Below are positions 1 to 9,003 of a DNA stretch of 41,876 bases, in pieces (position 1 is the stretch's first letter; each line of letters starts with the position of its first letter). Origin of the DNA: Minisyncoccota bacterium (GTDB lineage: Bacteria; Patescibacteriota; Minisyncoccia; Minisyncoccales; GBS-2); NCBI GenBank assembly GCA_938023415.1, contig CALHEE010000007.1, forward strand, positions 1 to 41,876, in the 5' to 3' direction. The notes under the pieces are model-generated. The model did not search any database, was not told the origin of the DNA, and worked only from the letters and a program-made list of their open reading frames with translations. The position numbers were made by a program, and so were the translations under genes.

Positions 1-1071
1 TTGACTGTTCCATTTTCCATGATAATAAGCCATGACCCTATCTACTCCGTTTAAGTCTTTGGCGGTAATGGTAAGAGTGATCTCTTCTCCTACCTTAGCA
101 AAGGTTTTGTCAACAGAAAGGGTGCCAGAAACTGGATCTTCTCTTTGGCTTACCACATAGGTAGCAGTGGCTCTGCTAAAGAGAGAAGGATCAGCTCCAT
201 GGGTAGCTGTGACTGAGATTTGATATGCTCCAGCTGGAGTATTAGAAAGAGAGCCAACTCTCAAGGTGGCAAGACCTAGCTGGGTTGGTGGAACAGAGAT
301 TAACTCAGGAGAAATTTCACATCTCCAATTTTCGGGACATTCTGCCTTTAGTTCAAACCTTACCGGATCGCACTCTTTTGAATCTAAGTTCGAGAGATAC
401 ACCCTATAAATTAGAAGTTGCCCTGGGAAACCAGTCTGAGAAAGAGGAAAAATGTTTAATGTTGGTGCTTGATGGCTACAGACAACCGGTTTAACAATGC
501 TAAAATAGTTGTCGCTTACATCTGAAGGAAAAAGAGCCTCAGCGTTAGAGATTTTAATTCGATAATTATTTCCAGGAGGAATGAAAGAAGGAACAGTCCA
601 TGTGTAAGTTCCTTGAGAAGCTGGAACCCTCCGTGCAATTAACCAACCTGCCTCTCTTTCACCAACGATTAACTCAATCCCTACATAGTTTACATTTTCA
701 GCCACCCATTTTATTTCATAGGTCTTTCCGATCTCCCAAGTCTCACCGCCATTTGGAGAAATAACGGTGATGGTAGAGGGAACAGGGGTGGGACGAGGAA
801 TTCGGCATTCAAATCGGGAAAATTTGATAATTACTAATACCTCAGAATCACTAATTTTTCCTGCCAACCAATCAGAAATGGCCTTGCTTTCTTCTGAAGG
901 GCTAATGAAAAAGTCACCATTGAGGTCATATCTTTTAATTAACTGCTGATTTTGCTCGTAAAGAAGAGAACAAGGTGGAGGAACTTGGGCAAAGACCTTT
1001 CCCCCAACGATAATGGAAAATAAAGCTAGACTAATGGTAAGACCACTTATTAATTTTTTAATTTCCGCCAT
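1..1071 (-). CDS. Secreted multidomain surface protein (3' end beyond window): signal peptide, EF-hand/dockerin-like motif, SPNGGE Ig-like domain, NEW3-like Ig domain
   Basis: Not in ORF track. Manual translation from ATG 1071 is open to the window edge: MAEIKKLISGLTISLALFSIIVGGKVFAQ, YDLNGDFFISPSEESKAISDW, ITVISPNGGETWEIGKTYEIKW, CPENWRCEISP. Confidence 0.85.
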   Translation of the reverse strand, partial: MAEIKKLISGLTISLALFSIIVGGKVFAQVPPPCSLLYEQNQQLIKRYDLNGDFFISPSEESKAISDWLAGKISDSEVLVIIKFSRFECRIPRPTPVPSTITVISPNGGETWEIGKTYEIKWVAENVNYVGIELIVGEREAGWLIARRVPASQGTYTWTVPSFIPPGNNYRIKISNAEALFPSDVSDNYFSIVKPVVCSHQAPTLNIFPLSQTGFPGQLLIYRVYLSNLDSKECDPVRFELKAECPENWRCEISPELISVPPTQLGLATLRVGSLSNTPAGAYQISVTATHGADPSLFSRATATYVVSQREDPVSGTLSVDKTFAKVGEEITLTITAKDLNGVDRVMAYYHGKWNSQ

Positions 1072-1131
1072 AACTTTTTATTTTTCAATTTTTAAAATTA
1101 TTTTCGACCTTTGTTTTTCGACCTTTTTATT

Positions 1132-1161
1132 ATTTTATTTTTTCCAAAAAAGCGCTGTCAA
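1132..1161 (-). promoter_or_regulatory. Sigma70-type promoter for the surface protein gene
   Basis: TTGACA-N18-TAAAAT on minus strand, followed by two AAGGTCG copies. Confidence 0.55.
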
Positions 1162-1183
1162 GAAAAATTTTGAAATTTAAATT

Positions 1184-1705
1184 TTAACTAATTTTTTTTG
1201 AAACCATTTTAATTTGGCTATTGGGAATAGAGTGGGAAATATGATTTTCGTCAACAATAACTGTTCTTCTCAAAGTAATTTCTTTCACCTCTCCTTCAAC
1301 CCCGGCAATTTTTACTTTATCTCCTACCTGATACTGATTTTCTAAAACAATAAAGATTCCAGAAAGAAAATCAGCCAAAATATCCCTGGCTGCCATACCC
1401 ACTGCCAAACCGGTCAATCCCAGTCCAGCTAAAATCGGTGCTACATTCACCCCAAATTCAGGCAAAATCATTAAAAGGGCAACAATGTAAATTATAAACC
1501 TCAAAGTCCCGCTAAAAATAGAAACCAAAGTTTCGATTCTTTTTTTTCTTTCTTGGCCAATTTTTGCATTCAACCCTTTTTTTATTACTTTTTGAAGAAA
1601 AATCTGAGAAAACCGATTTACCAAATAAGCACCAGCTAAAATACAACCAATTTTAATGCCAGAAGAAAGCAACCAGGAAATTAACTTTGGTAAAAAATCT
1701 ACCAT
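1184..1705 (-). CDS. Small MscS-family mechanosensitive channel
   Basis: GLAVGMAARDILADFLSGIFI, YQVGDKVKIAGVEGEVKEITLRRT; lacks the long C-terminal domain. Confidence 0.88.
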   Translation of the reverse strand: MVDFLPKLISWLLSSGIKIGCILAGAYLVNRFSQIFLQKVIKKGLNAKIGQERKKRIETLVSIFSGTLRFIIYIVALLMILPEFGVNVAPILAGLGLTGLAVGMAARDILADFLSGIFIVLENQYQVGDKVKIAGVEGEVKEITLRRTVIVDENHISHSIPNSQIKMVSKKIS

Positions 1706-1717
1706 ATTTTTATTTTA

Positions 1718-2155
1718 TTAGCTTTTTGTCAAAAAAGAATGGGCTTTCGTAAGTATTTCTTTTGCATTTTTAAAAGTTAATTTTTCTCTAGCCTCATCAA
1801 AGGGCAACCAAATATAGCCTATGTGTTCTGGAGAAATTTGAACCTTTTTTCTCTTGGCCTTAACCAGAAAAAAGGTGACGAATTTTAAAACATTTTTTCC
1901 ACCCCACTTAAAGAAATATTTTATTGTTTTTTTAAACCCTTCAACAAATTCAATCTCTTTCAATCCTGTTTCTTCCTCAATTTCCCTTTTAGCTGTTTCT
2001 TTTAAATTTTCATTTTTTTCAACATGCCCTTTAGGAAAATCCCAATAATCCTTTTTTGCCCGATGGGAAGAGCCTGGATAATGTAAGAGTAAATAAAAAA
2101 TTTTTCCCTTTTCCTTTCTAAAAATTACTGCTCCCGCCGATCTTTCCACTGGCAT
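1718..2155 (-). CDS. NUDIX hydrolase, Ap4A hydrolase-like
   Basis: Nudix box WDFPKGHVEKNENLKETAKREIEEETGL; ISPEH motif. Confidence 0.9.
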   Translation of the reverse strand: MPVERSAGAVIFRKEKGKIFYLLLHYPGSSHRAKKDYWDFPKGHVEKNENLKETAKREIEEETGLKEIEFVEGFKKTIKYFFKWGGKNVLKFVTFFLVKAKRKKVQISPEHIGYIWLPFDEAREKLTFKNAKEILTKAHSFLTKS

Positions 2156-2156
2156 A

Positions 2157-3884
2157 TTATTTCTTTAAATATTTTAGCAATGTTTCTAACGGCCAGCAAT
2201 TTACGATATCTTTTTTCTCTGCCCAACCTCTTCTTGCCTGAGCGATCCCAAATTCAATAAATCTCATCTGATCTATATGGTGGGCGTCGGTGTTAATGAC
2301 CATTTTCACACCCATTTCTTTTGCTTTTTTGATATTAATGTCGTTTAAGTCCAACCTTTCAGGATAAGAGTTAATTTCCAAAACCGTTCCCGTTTCTTTT
2401 GCCACTCTTAAAATTTTGTCCAAATCAATTTCATATTCATCTCTTTTTTGAATTAATCTTCCGGTAGGATGAGAAATAATATCGACATGAGGATTTTTCA
2501 TTGCCCGAATAATTCTTTCTGTCATTTCTTCTTTTGACATTTTAAATCTTGAATGGACACCAGCAATGACAAAATCCTGTTCTTTCAAACATTCATCATC
2601 GATATCGATAGACCCATCTGGCAAAATGTTTGCCTCGCAACCTTTTAGAATTTTGAATTTTGGATTTTGAATTTTGAATTTTGAATTTATTCTATCGATT
2701 TCTTTATTCCTTTCTTTTAATTTTTTTTCATCTAAGCCATGTTCAATTTTCAAAAATTTTGTATGATCGGCAATGCCCACATACTCATAACCCATTTTCA
2801 TGGCTTGCTTGGCAATTTCTTCGATGGTATTTGCCCCTCCGTCCCATTTTGAATGGCAATGCAAATCCCCTTTGATCTCTTTGTAATCTATTATCTTTGG
2901 CAATTTGTGATTTAAAGCAGCCTCAATCTCTCCCCTATCTTCTCTTAACTCCGGGGCAATCCAATCTAAGCCCAATTTTTGATAAATCTCTTCTTCTGAT
3001 TCTCCGGCAATCATTTTAGGTCCCTTGAAAAGACCATACTCTGAAAGTTTTAACCCTTTCTCAATGGCAATTTTCCTTAAGGCAATGTTGTGTTCTTTTG
3101 AACCGGTAAAATATTGTAAAGCTGCCCCGTAAGATCTTTTTGGTAAAACCCTAATGTCCATGTCAAAGCCTTCCCTTAACCTCACTGATGATTTAGTCGT
3201 TCCCTTCCCCCAAATTTTGACAATCCCTGGCAAAGAGGTAAAAAAATCCATTACTTTAGCTGGATTTTTTGAAATGACCAAAAAATCAACATCGCCGATT
3301 GTCTCTTTCATCCTTCTAATAGAACCTACCGCATCAACCCTTTCTACCTCTTTCAAACTTTTCAATTTCTCATAAACCTCTTTTACTTTCGGCAAAATAT
3401 CTCCCAACAAAAACCTTCCTTTTGACCTTTTGGCAAACTCTATTGCTTCCAAAATGTTTTTTTCCGTTTTTTCTCCAAAACCAAAAAGGGGAGCGATTTT
3501 GTGAGCCAAACAGGCTTTTTCTAACTCCTTTAAATTTTTGATTTTCAATTTTTCATACAAAACCCTAATCCTCTTTGGACCCAATCCTTCAATTCCCATC
3601 AATTCCTCCAAATTGAGGGGGTACTTTTTTTTATATTCTTCATGATATTTAATTTTTCCAGTTTTCAAATATTCTTCTATCTTTTCCGCAATACTTTTCC
3701 CCACACCTGGAATTTTTTCCAAGGCTTCTTTCCCTCCCTTTTTGTAAATTTCTTCGACATCTTCTTCCAATCCTTCCAAAGTAATGGCTGCTTTTTCATA
3801 AGCTATCGGCCTGAATTTATCTCCTTCCATTTGCAAAAAGAAAGAGATTTGATAAAAAATTTGGGCAAGCTCTTGATTTTTCAT
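2157..3884 (-). CDS. polX: DNA polymerase X with PHP domain
   Basis: HhH IPGVGKSIA, GSIRR..GDVD, YFTGSKEHN; PHP motifs DLHCHS, ADH, SHP, NTDAH. Confidence 0.95.
   Translation of the reverse strand: MKNQELAQIFYQISFFLQMEGDKFRPIAYEKAAITLEGLEEDVEEIYKKGGKEALEKIPGVGKSIAEKIEEYLKTGKIKYHEEYKKKYPLNLEELMGIEGLGPKRIRVLYEKLKIKNLKELEKACLAHKIAPLFGFGEKTEKNILEAIEFAKRSKGRFLLGDILPKVKEVYEKLKSLKEVERVDAVGSIRRMKETIGDVDFLVISKNPAKVMDFFTSLPGIVKIWGKGTTKSSVRLREGFDMDIRVLPKRSYGAALQYFTGSKEHNIALRKIAIEKGLKLSEYGLFKGPKMIAGESEEEIYQKLGLDWIAPELREDRGEIEAALNHKLPKIIDYKEIKGDLHCHSKWDGGANTIEEIAKQAMKMGYEYVGIADHTKFLKIEHGLDEKKLKERNKEIDRINSKFKIQNPKFKILKGCEANILPDGSIDIDDECLKEQDFVIAGVHSRFKMSKEEMTERIIRAMKNPHVDIISHPTGRLIQKRDEYEIDLDKILRVAKETGTVLEINSYPERLDLNDINIKKAKEMGVKMVINTDAHHIDQMRFIEFGIAQARRGWAEKKDIVNCWPLETLLKYLKK
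2648..2689. repeat. In-frame 7-bp tandem repeat (GAATTTT x6) inside polX
   Basis: gaatttt gaatttt ggatttt gaatttt gaatttt gaattta; encodes NSKFKIQNPKFKI. Confidence 0.85.
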
Positions 3885-3887
3885 AGA

Positions 3888-4523
3888 TTATGATTTTTTC
3901 TGGAGGCTTTCTTTTAAACTAAAATGGGCGCCGTGTCCAAGTAATTCTTTAATTTCATCTTTCAAAACCAATAGCAAAAGAGAGCTAAAAATTCCCAAAA
4001 CACCAACGGCAATAAAAATTGGAAAAAAACCAAATTGCATTACCACCATCCCACCCACTGCCCCTGATAACCCAATCCCCAAACCAACTAAAGTCGCATC
4101 GAGCCCCCATTCGGTTGCCTCCCAGCCTTTGTCAATATGTTTAGTAAAGATGGCTGACCAACCAGAAAGAGCTAAAGCCATGGCAAAAGCAAAAATTACC
4201 TGCAAAAAATAAATGTGAAATGGTTTTGAGGCGAAAAGATAACCAAAAGAAACTAAACTCGCCAAAAAAAATCCCAAGACCAAAGCCCAATAGTCATCTC
4301 TTTCTCCTGGAAAGATATCTAAAAAAACACTAATGGGAATTCTGAACAAAGATTTTAAAATCCAATAAATAGCTGAGGCAATCCCGGCCACAGCTGCTGT
4401 CCCTCCTTCTATTTTTTCAACAATAAAAATAGCAAAAATAGGATTAATCAGGCCCCAACCTGTCCAAAAAATTAAATCACTCAAGATTAAATATTTGATA
4501 ATCCTGTTAATTTTAAAAATCAT
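3888..4523 (-). CDS. Half-size MFS-like membrane protein (about 6 TM)
   Basis: Six hydrophobic segments; PIFAIFI and MFS-like loop pattern. Confidence 0.65.
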   Translation of the reverse strand: MIFKINRIIKYLILSDLIFWTGWGLINPIFAIFIVEKIEGGTAAVAGIASAIYWILKSLFRIPISVFLDIFPGERDDYWALVLGFFLASLVSFGYLFASKPFHIYFLQVIFAFAMALALSGWSAIFTKHIDKGWEATEWGLDATLVGLGIGLSGAVGGMVVMQFGFFPIFIAVGVLGIFSSLLLLVLKDEIKELLGHGAHFSLKESLQKKS

Positions 4524-5466
4524 TTTTCTCTATTTCAACCTTTTGACCCTTTCTTTTCTTCCAAAGTTTTCTGCCCCACCAAATCAAGAGAGCTAAAGGC
4601 ACCCAAACCTGGGCCCAGACAAAAGCTCTAATTAAAAAGTAAGAAAACCAGCGCCAAAAACCTAAAACGCTTTTCCAGCTTTGCAACAAAACATACTTTG
4701 GTCTCCATTTTTCTCCTGGCGGGATGGGTAATAATTCTTCAGAAAGGGCCAAATTAACAGTGATTGAAGACATTTTAACACTTTGCTCTAAATATTGAAT
4801 TTTCCCTTTTATTTGTTCTATTTGTTGGGTTACACTCGTTAACTCTCTTTGAACTTCCAAAATTTCGCTTACTTTCCCCGTCCTTTTCATCAATTCCAAA
4901 AGTTGACTTTCAGTCGCTTCCAAATTTCTCAACCTCGATTGTAAATCTACATATTCTTCCGTAATGTCTTGAGCTTGAATTTTTTCATTGCTTACTCTAG
5001 TAGCCAAACCTCTAAAATAACTCATTGCTTCATCAAAGTTTTCTGCCGGAACCCTCACGGTAATACTGCCTGAAGGAACCTTTTCATGTTCGAAAATGTT
5101 ACTCGAAACCACCCACCCCCCTTTCTCTTCAGCAAATTTTGAAATTTTCCTTGCTACCCCCAAAACATCTTTGACGATTAAACTCAACCAGCCAGTTTTA
5201 ACAACCATCCGGGAAGGAATTTCTCCTTGTGCCCCAAAAAAACTTTCTTGTTTAGCTGGCCCAGATAAGGAAACTTCTGGCAAAGAGAAACGAGGAGCAC
5301 TTGCCCACCTCTCAGTTGAATATGTCGTAGGAAAATATGGAGCTTTCCCTCCATTTGAATATTTCATCTGAGAAATACTTGTGAGCAAAAAGATTAAAAA
5401 TAAAGCTAAAAGAACTGAACTCAAAATTCCTATTGTCCCAAAAATTTTCCATAATTTTTGGTTCAT
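4513..5466 (-). CDS. DUF4349-like membrane-anchored protein
   Basis: RMVVKTG, ITVRVPAENF, QDITEEYVDLQSRL, coiled coil, N- and C-terminal TM. Confidence 0.85.
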   Translation of the reverse strand: MNQKLWKIFGTIGILSSVLLALFLIFLLTSISQMKYSNGGKAPYFPTTYSTERWASAPRFSLPEVSLSGPAKQESFFGAQGEIPSRMVVKTGWLSLIVKDVLGVARKISKFAEEKGGWVVSSNIFEHEKVPSGSITVRVPAENFDEAMSYFRGLATRVSNEKIQAQDITEEYVDLQSRLRNLEATESQLLELMKRTGKVSEILEVQRELTSVTQQIEQIKGKIQYLEQSVKMSSITVNLALSEELLPIPPGEKWRPKYVLLQSWKSVLGFWRWFSYFLIRAFVWAQVWVPLALLIWWGRKLWKKRKGQKVEIEKNDF

Positions 5467-5509
5467 AAATTTATTTGAAATTTCAATTAAATTTTAAATT
5501 TAACTTTTA

Positions 5510-5914
5510 TCATTTCCCAATTACTTTTATCAAAATTTCTCTTTCTCTGGGTCGGCTATCAAAATCAACTAAAACAACCTGCTGCCAAGTTCCCAAAATT
5601 AATTTTCCGTCTTCAACGGGAATGACTAAAAAGGGTTTAATAAGAGCGGAAAGAATATGAGAAAAGGCATTGGCCTCTCCCCAGGTTCGATCATGGCGAT
5701 AAGGTCTATTTGAGGGGACCAATTTTTCCAAAAATTCCTTAAAATCTTCAATTAAATTTGGTTCTGCTTCAATCGTTGTCAATCCAACGGTAGAGCCAGG
5801 ACAAAAAACTACACAAATTCCATCTTTTATTTTAGAGTATTTCAGCGCGGTGGCAACTTCTCCGGTAATGTCAACGATGTCATTAAATCCTTTGGTAGAG
5901 ATTTTAAATCTCAT
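5510..5914 (-). CDS. yjbQ: YjbQ/UPF0047 family protein
   Basis: GSTVGLTTIE, Y.HD...N..SH, LGTWQQV..VDFD..PREREI. Confidence 0.9.
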   Translation of the reverse strand: MRFKISTKGFNDIVDITGEVATALKYSKIKDGICVVFCPGSTVGLTTIEAEPNLIEDFKEFLEKLVPSNRPYRHDRTWGEANAFSHILSALIKPFLVIPVEDGKLILGTWQQVVLVDFDSRPREREILIKVIGK

Positions 5915-6890
5915 AATTTTTTATAACATTTTTAACAGTAGAAAGACCAAAATGAATAAGAAGGATTCCTCCAGAAATAGCCATTATGAGTTCCGCCCCC
6001 CTTATAATCATGGTATAAGCAGTGGCGGTGGAGAGTTTAAGTTGAAAAGAATTGAAGACAAAAACTTGAACTGCTTCATGGGAACCTAAAGCGGCTGGAA
6101 TAGGAAAAAGTGTTGCTAAATAAGAAAAACTAAAAATAGATAAAGCAGTAAGCCATCCTATTTTTTCTCCAAGAAAAACTACTAAAAACCAACTTCTGAG
6201 ATAAAAAATCAGTGACTTTAAAAAAGCAAGACCCATAAGTTTCCAAGTTCTAATTTTTCTAAAATTAAAAGATTCAAAAATTTCTTTTTCTGTCTCTAAT
6301 GGTTGGCTATCGATTTTTTGATTAAAAAATTTTAGAAAAGTTTTGGCCAAACTTTCTTTTTTAAAAACTTTAAGATAAAAAAAAGAAGTGCCAATCAATA
6401 AAAACAAAAATGTCCCGCCAAAAATGATGGGTAATTTTCCGATAGGAAGTCCAACTTTAGAAATAAAAAATAAAATACCAATGACAATAAAAATGAGATT
6501 AACTGTCATCTCTAAAATTCTTTCAGAAATAACAGAAGCTAAAGCTTTCGTAATAGGAATTGAATTTTTCTTTTTTAGTACCATGGTCTGAAAAATTTCA
6601 TCGCTGATGGTAAGAACGGGGACTAAAATCCTTAAGGAAAGAGCAGCCCAGTAGGTCTTTAAGAGTTGAAAAAAGGAAATTTTAATGTTCTTTGTCTTCA
6701 AAATTTCTTGCCAGATTAAATTTCGCAAAAGTAAAATCAAAAAAGTCAAACAAAAAATTACTCCCCCTTTCCATCCACTAAGAACAAAAATGGTATTTTT
6801 TATTTCTTGCCAACCAACAAAATTTAAAACCAAGATAAATAAAATAGACCCAAGGAGGAGGGAGATTAAAAAAAACAATAGTTTTTTCAT
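5904..6890 (-). CDS. Flippase-like (lysylphosphatidylglycerol synthase TM domain) protein
   Basis: Multiple TM segments; SVISERILE; PIPAALGSHEA. Confidence 0.8.
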   Translation of the reverse strand: MKKLLFFLISLLLGSILFILVLNFVGWQEIKNTIFVLSGWKGGVIFCLTFLILLLRNLIWQEILKTKNIKISFFQLLKTYWAALSLRILVPVLTISDEIFQTMVLKKKNSIPITKALASVISERILEMTVNLIFIVIGILFFISKVGLPIGKLPIIFGGTFLFLLIGTSFFYLKVFKKESLAKTFLKFFNQKIDSQPLETEKEIFESFNFRKIRTWKLMGLAFLKSLIFYLRSWFLVVFLGEKIGWLTALSIFSFSYLATLFPIPAALGSHEAVQVFVFNSFQLKLSTATAYTMIIRGAELIMAISGGILLIHFGLSTVKNVIKNYEI

Positions 6891-6974
6891 AACCGAGATG
6901 ATTTAAATTTTTTCTCCAAACTTTCACTCTAAAATTTCCTATTTATCTCCTGATTCTATCATATTTTTTCCAAA

Positions 6975-7003
6975 AACAAAATCCGCCTTGGGCGGATTTT
7001 GTT
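6975..7003 (-). terminator. Intrinsic terminator after the metalloprotease gene
   Basis: aacaaaatccgcc-ttg-ggcggattttgtt, 13-bp perfect stem with U-rich tail. Confidence 0.8.
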
Positions 7004-7034
7004 ATCTTTTATAATTGCCAGTTATTATCTTTAA

Positions 7035-7718
7035 TTATCGACCGTAGAGTTTTTGTAAACCAATGATATCTGGTAACTCAAGAGTTCTTTTATCGGTCTC
7101 TCCGTAATCTGAGTAACCATACATTGTCACTTGGCTACAAACACTCTGATAAACATCACCCAAACCAAGACCGTGCCCTGTTTCATGGGTGGCGATATTT
7201 TGCCAATCCATTACCTCTGGATTGGCAGTAGCGTCACCCCATGTGAACTCAGAATCAAACATCACATCGTATTCAACAATTTCCTTTGAGTATCTTGTAT
7301 ACCAAATCCTTGTCACGGCGATTACTCCTTCTTGAGGGTAATTACCTAAACTATATTCATTTCTTCCATCGGGATAGTCGTCAAAATTTGCTGACTCATC
7401 TACTTCATATCCGCCAAATAAATTAGCCCTCGTGTGAGCGTCCCATTCAACAGTAGCTGCTAAAATGGCATCTTTATTTACTTGCGGACTTATCACATAA
7501 CTCACTGGCAATCTCTTCCATTTAATCCCTAACAATTTATAACAAGTAGGTGTTTTAGCTGGCTTTGGCCTGCCTTCTACTTTTACTCTTCCGTCTCGAT
7601 AATGAATGAAAGTTATTCTATCTACCGGCTCTTTTGCTTTCGTTGGATCAGCAACTGTTGTTTGAGCTAGTCCTAAAACAATTATTCCGATTAAAATTGC
7701 ATGGAGTATTTTTTTCAT
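7035..7718 (-). CDS. Secreted matrixin-like (metzincin) metalloprotease
   Basis: Signal peptide; HETGHGLGLGD; Met-turn VTMYG. Confidence 0.85.
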   Translation of the reverse strand: MKKILHAILIGIIVLGLAQTTVADPTKAKEPVDRITFIHYRDGRVKVEGRPKPAKTPTCYKLLGIKWKRLPVSYVISPQVNKDAILAATVEWDAHTRANLFGGYEVDESANFDDYPDGRNEYSLGNYPQEGVIAVTRIWYTRYSKEIVEYDVMFDSEFTWGDATANPEVMDWQNIATHETGHGLGLGDVYQSVCSQVTMYGYSDYGETDKRTLELPDIIGLQKLYGR

Positions 7719-7761
7719 TCTTTTAAAAAATAATTAACCCTCAGACCTTTTTTCAATTTTC

Positions 7762-7789
7762 ATTTTACTCTCTTGAACCTTCTTGTCAA
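7762..7789 (-). promoter_or_regulatory. Sigma70-type promoter for the metalloprotease gene
   Basis: TTGACA-N16-TAAAAT. Confidence 0.55.
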
Positions 7790-7839
7790 TCTAAAATAAA
7801 AATCTGATTGGGGTTCCAGCTTAAAAGTCTATTTTTAAA

Positions 7840-9003
7840 TTAAGTTGGCTTTTCTTTCTTTTTCCTTTTTATGAGGGCGAGAATAATTAAAGTGATAAGG
7901 CAAAAAATTACTAAAATTAGCTTCCATGGCGTTCTTCCTATTTCAACCAAACTGGCCAAAAGTAAAGAGGCAAACCCAGGATAAGTAAACGGGGCTTGTT
8001 TTTCTAAAGGGGGAGGTATTATTTGTTCTTCAGGTGGCAAAATTTCGCTAGGAGGTGGTACAATTTCTTCGGTTGGACTTGTCGTTTCCTCACCCAAAAC
8101 TTCTCTTTTAGGAGTTACACCCTTTTTTTCTTTTAAAAGACCAATTTCCACTTTCTTTCCCAAAGTAGTAAAACTATATTCTTGACTAATTGCCAAAGAG
8201 CCTCGAGAAACCGCTCGGAAATAATAAGTCGTTCCAGGCTCCAATCCCGTAATGGTTACTGAATGATAAATTACTTTTGGAATAATATCGTACTCTAAAG
8301 TAGTGCGAGCATAACCATATTTTGGTGGTGTTCCGGTATTATCGGTTAAATCTAAATTGTGTGGTTCTCCTTCTTTAGCATAAATCACATAACTGGTAGC
8401 GGGAAAATTTGTCATCCAAGTAATGGTGAAGCTTGTTTCCGTAGATGTAGTGACTTTTAATGTTTCTTCATAAATCATCAACCCTATTGCCGAATATTGA
8501 CCTCCCCAACCCAAAACAGCATAGCTTTCAACTTCTCTCCCCTCAAAGGTAAAGACTAAGTAAAACTCAACTTTCTTTCCTTGATATTCATTGCCGGCAT
8601 TTTGATCAAGTTGGGCAATGAACTCAAATTGAGTAGTTTTGCCATCAGGAAGATTTGAATCCGGAAGTTCAAGAGTGTTTTCAAAAAGATGAGCTAGAGT
8701 AGTTGTCACTATTTGATTTTCTTTTTTTATGGTTAAATGAATTACTTCTGCTAGATCATAAGTTGAAGTAGGACTAATTCGCTCTCCTCTCAATGATATC
8801 TTTTCGTAATCTTTGCCAGCTTCATTTTTAATGATTACAGTTGAAGTTACGGTCTGACCAGGGAAGAAATTTTCCACTTCAAAAATAGGACTAGGACTAA
8901 TTCTTATTCCACTAGCTTCAACCTGGCTTGGCCTTACCAATAAAACACCAAGGCTCAAAAGAGCAACTAATATTATTAAATTGACTTTTTCTATTTTTTT
9001 CAT
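7840..9003 (-). CDS. Membrane-anchored protein: TasA-like domain, FN3-like domain, Pro/Glu-rich linker, C-terminal TM
   Basis: SPase I signal ending VEA; NFFPGQTV...IKNEAG and AGNEYQGK; HSVTITGLEPGTTYYFR; TM plus KRKKK tail. Confidence 0.75.
   Translation of the reverse strand: MKKIEKVNLIILVALLSLGVLLVRPSQVEASGIRISPSPIFEVENFFPGQTVTSTVIIKNEAGKDYEKISLRGERISPTSTYDLAEVIHLTIKKENQIVTTTLAHLFENTLELPDSNLPDGKTTQFEFIAQLDQNAGNEYQGKKVEFYLVFTFEGREVESYAVLGWGGQYSAIGLMIYEETLKVTTSTETSFTITWMTNFPATSYVIYAKEGEPHNLDLTDNTGTPPKYGYARTTLEYDIIPKVIYHSVTITGLEPGTTYYFRAVSRGSLAISQEYSFTTLGKKVEIGLLKEKKGVTPKREVLGEETTSPTEEIVPPPSEILPPEEQIIPPPLEKQAPFTYPGFASLLLASLVEIGRTPWKLILVIFCLITLIILALIKRKKKEKPT

Noticed and set aside
285-949. 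Plus-strand ORFs 285-494 and 767-949
   Set aside because: Antisense shadows of the 1-1071 minus-strand gene
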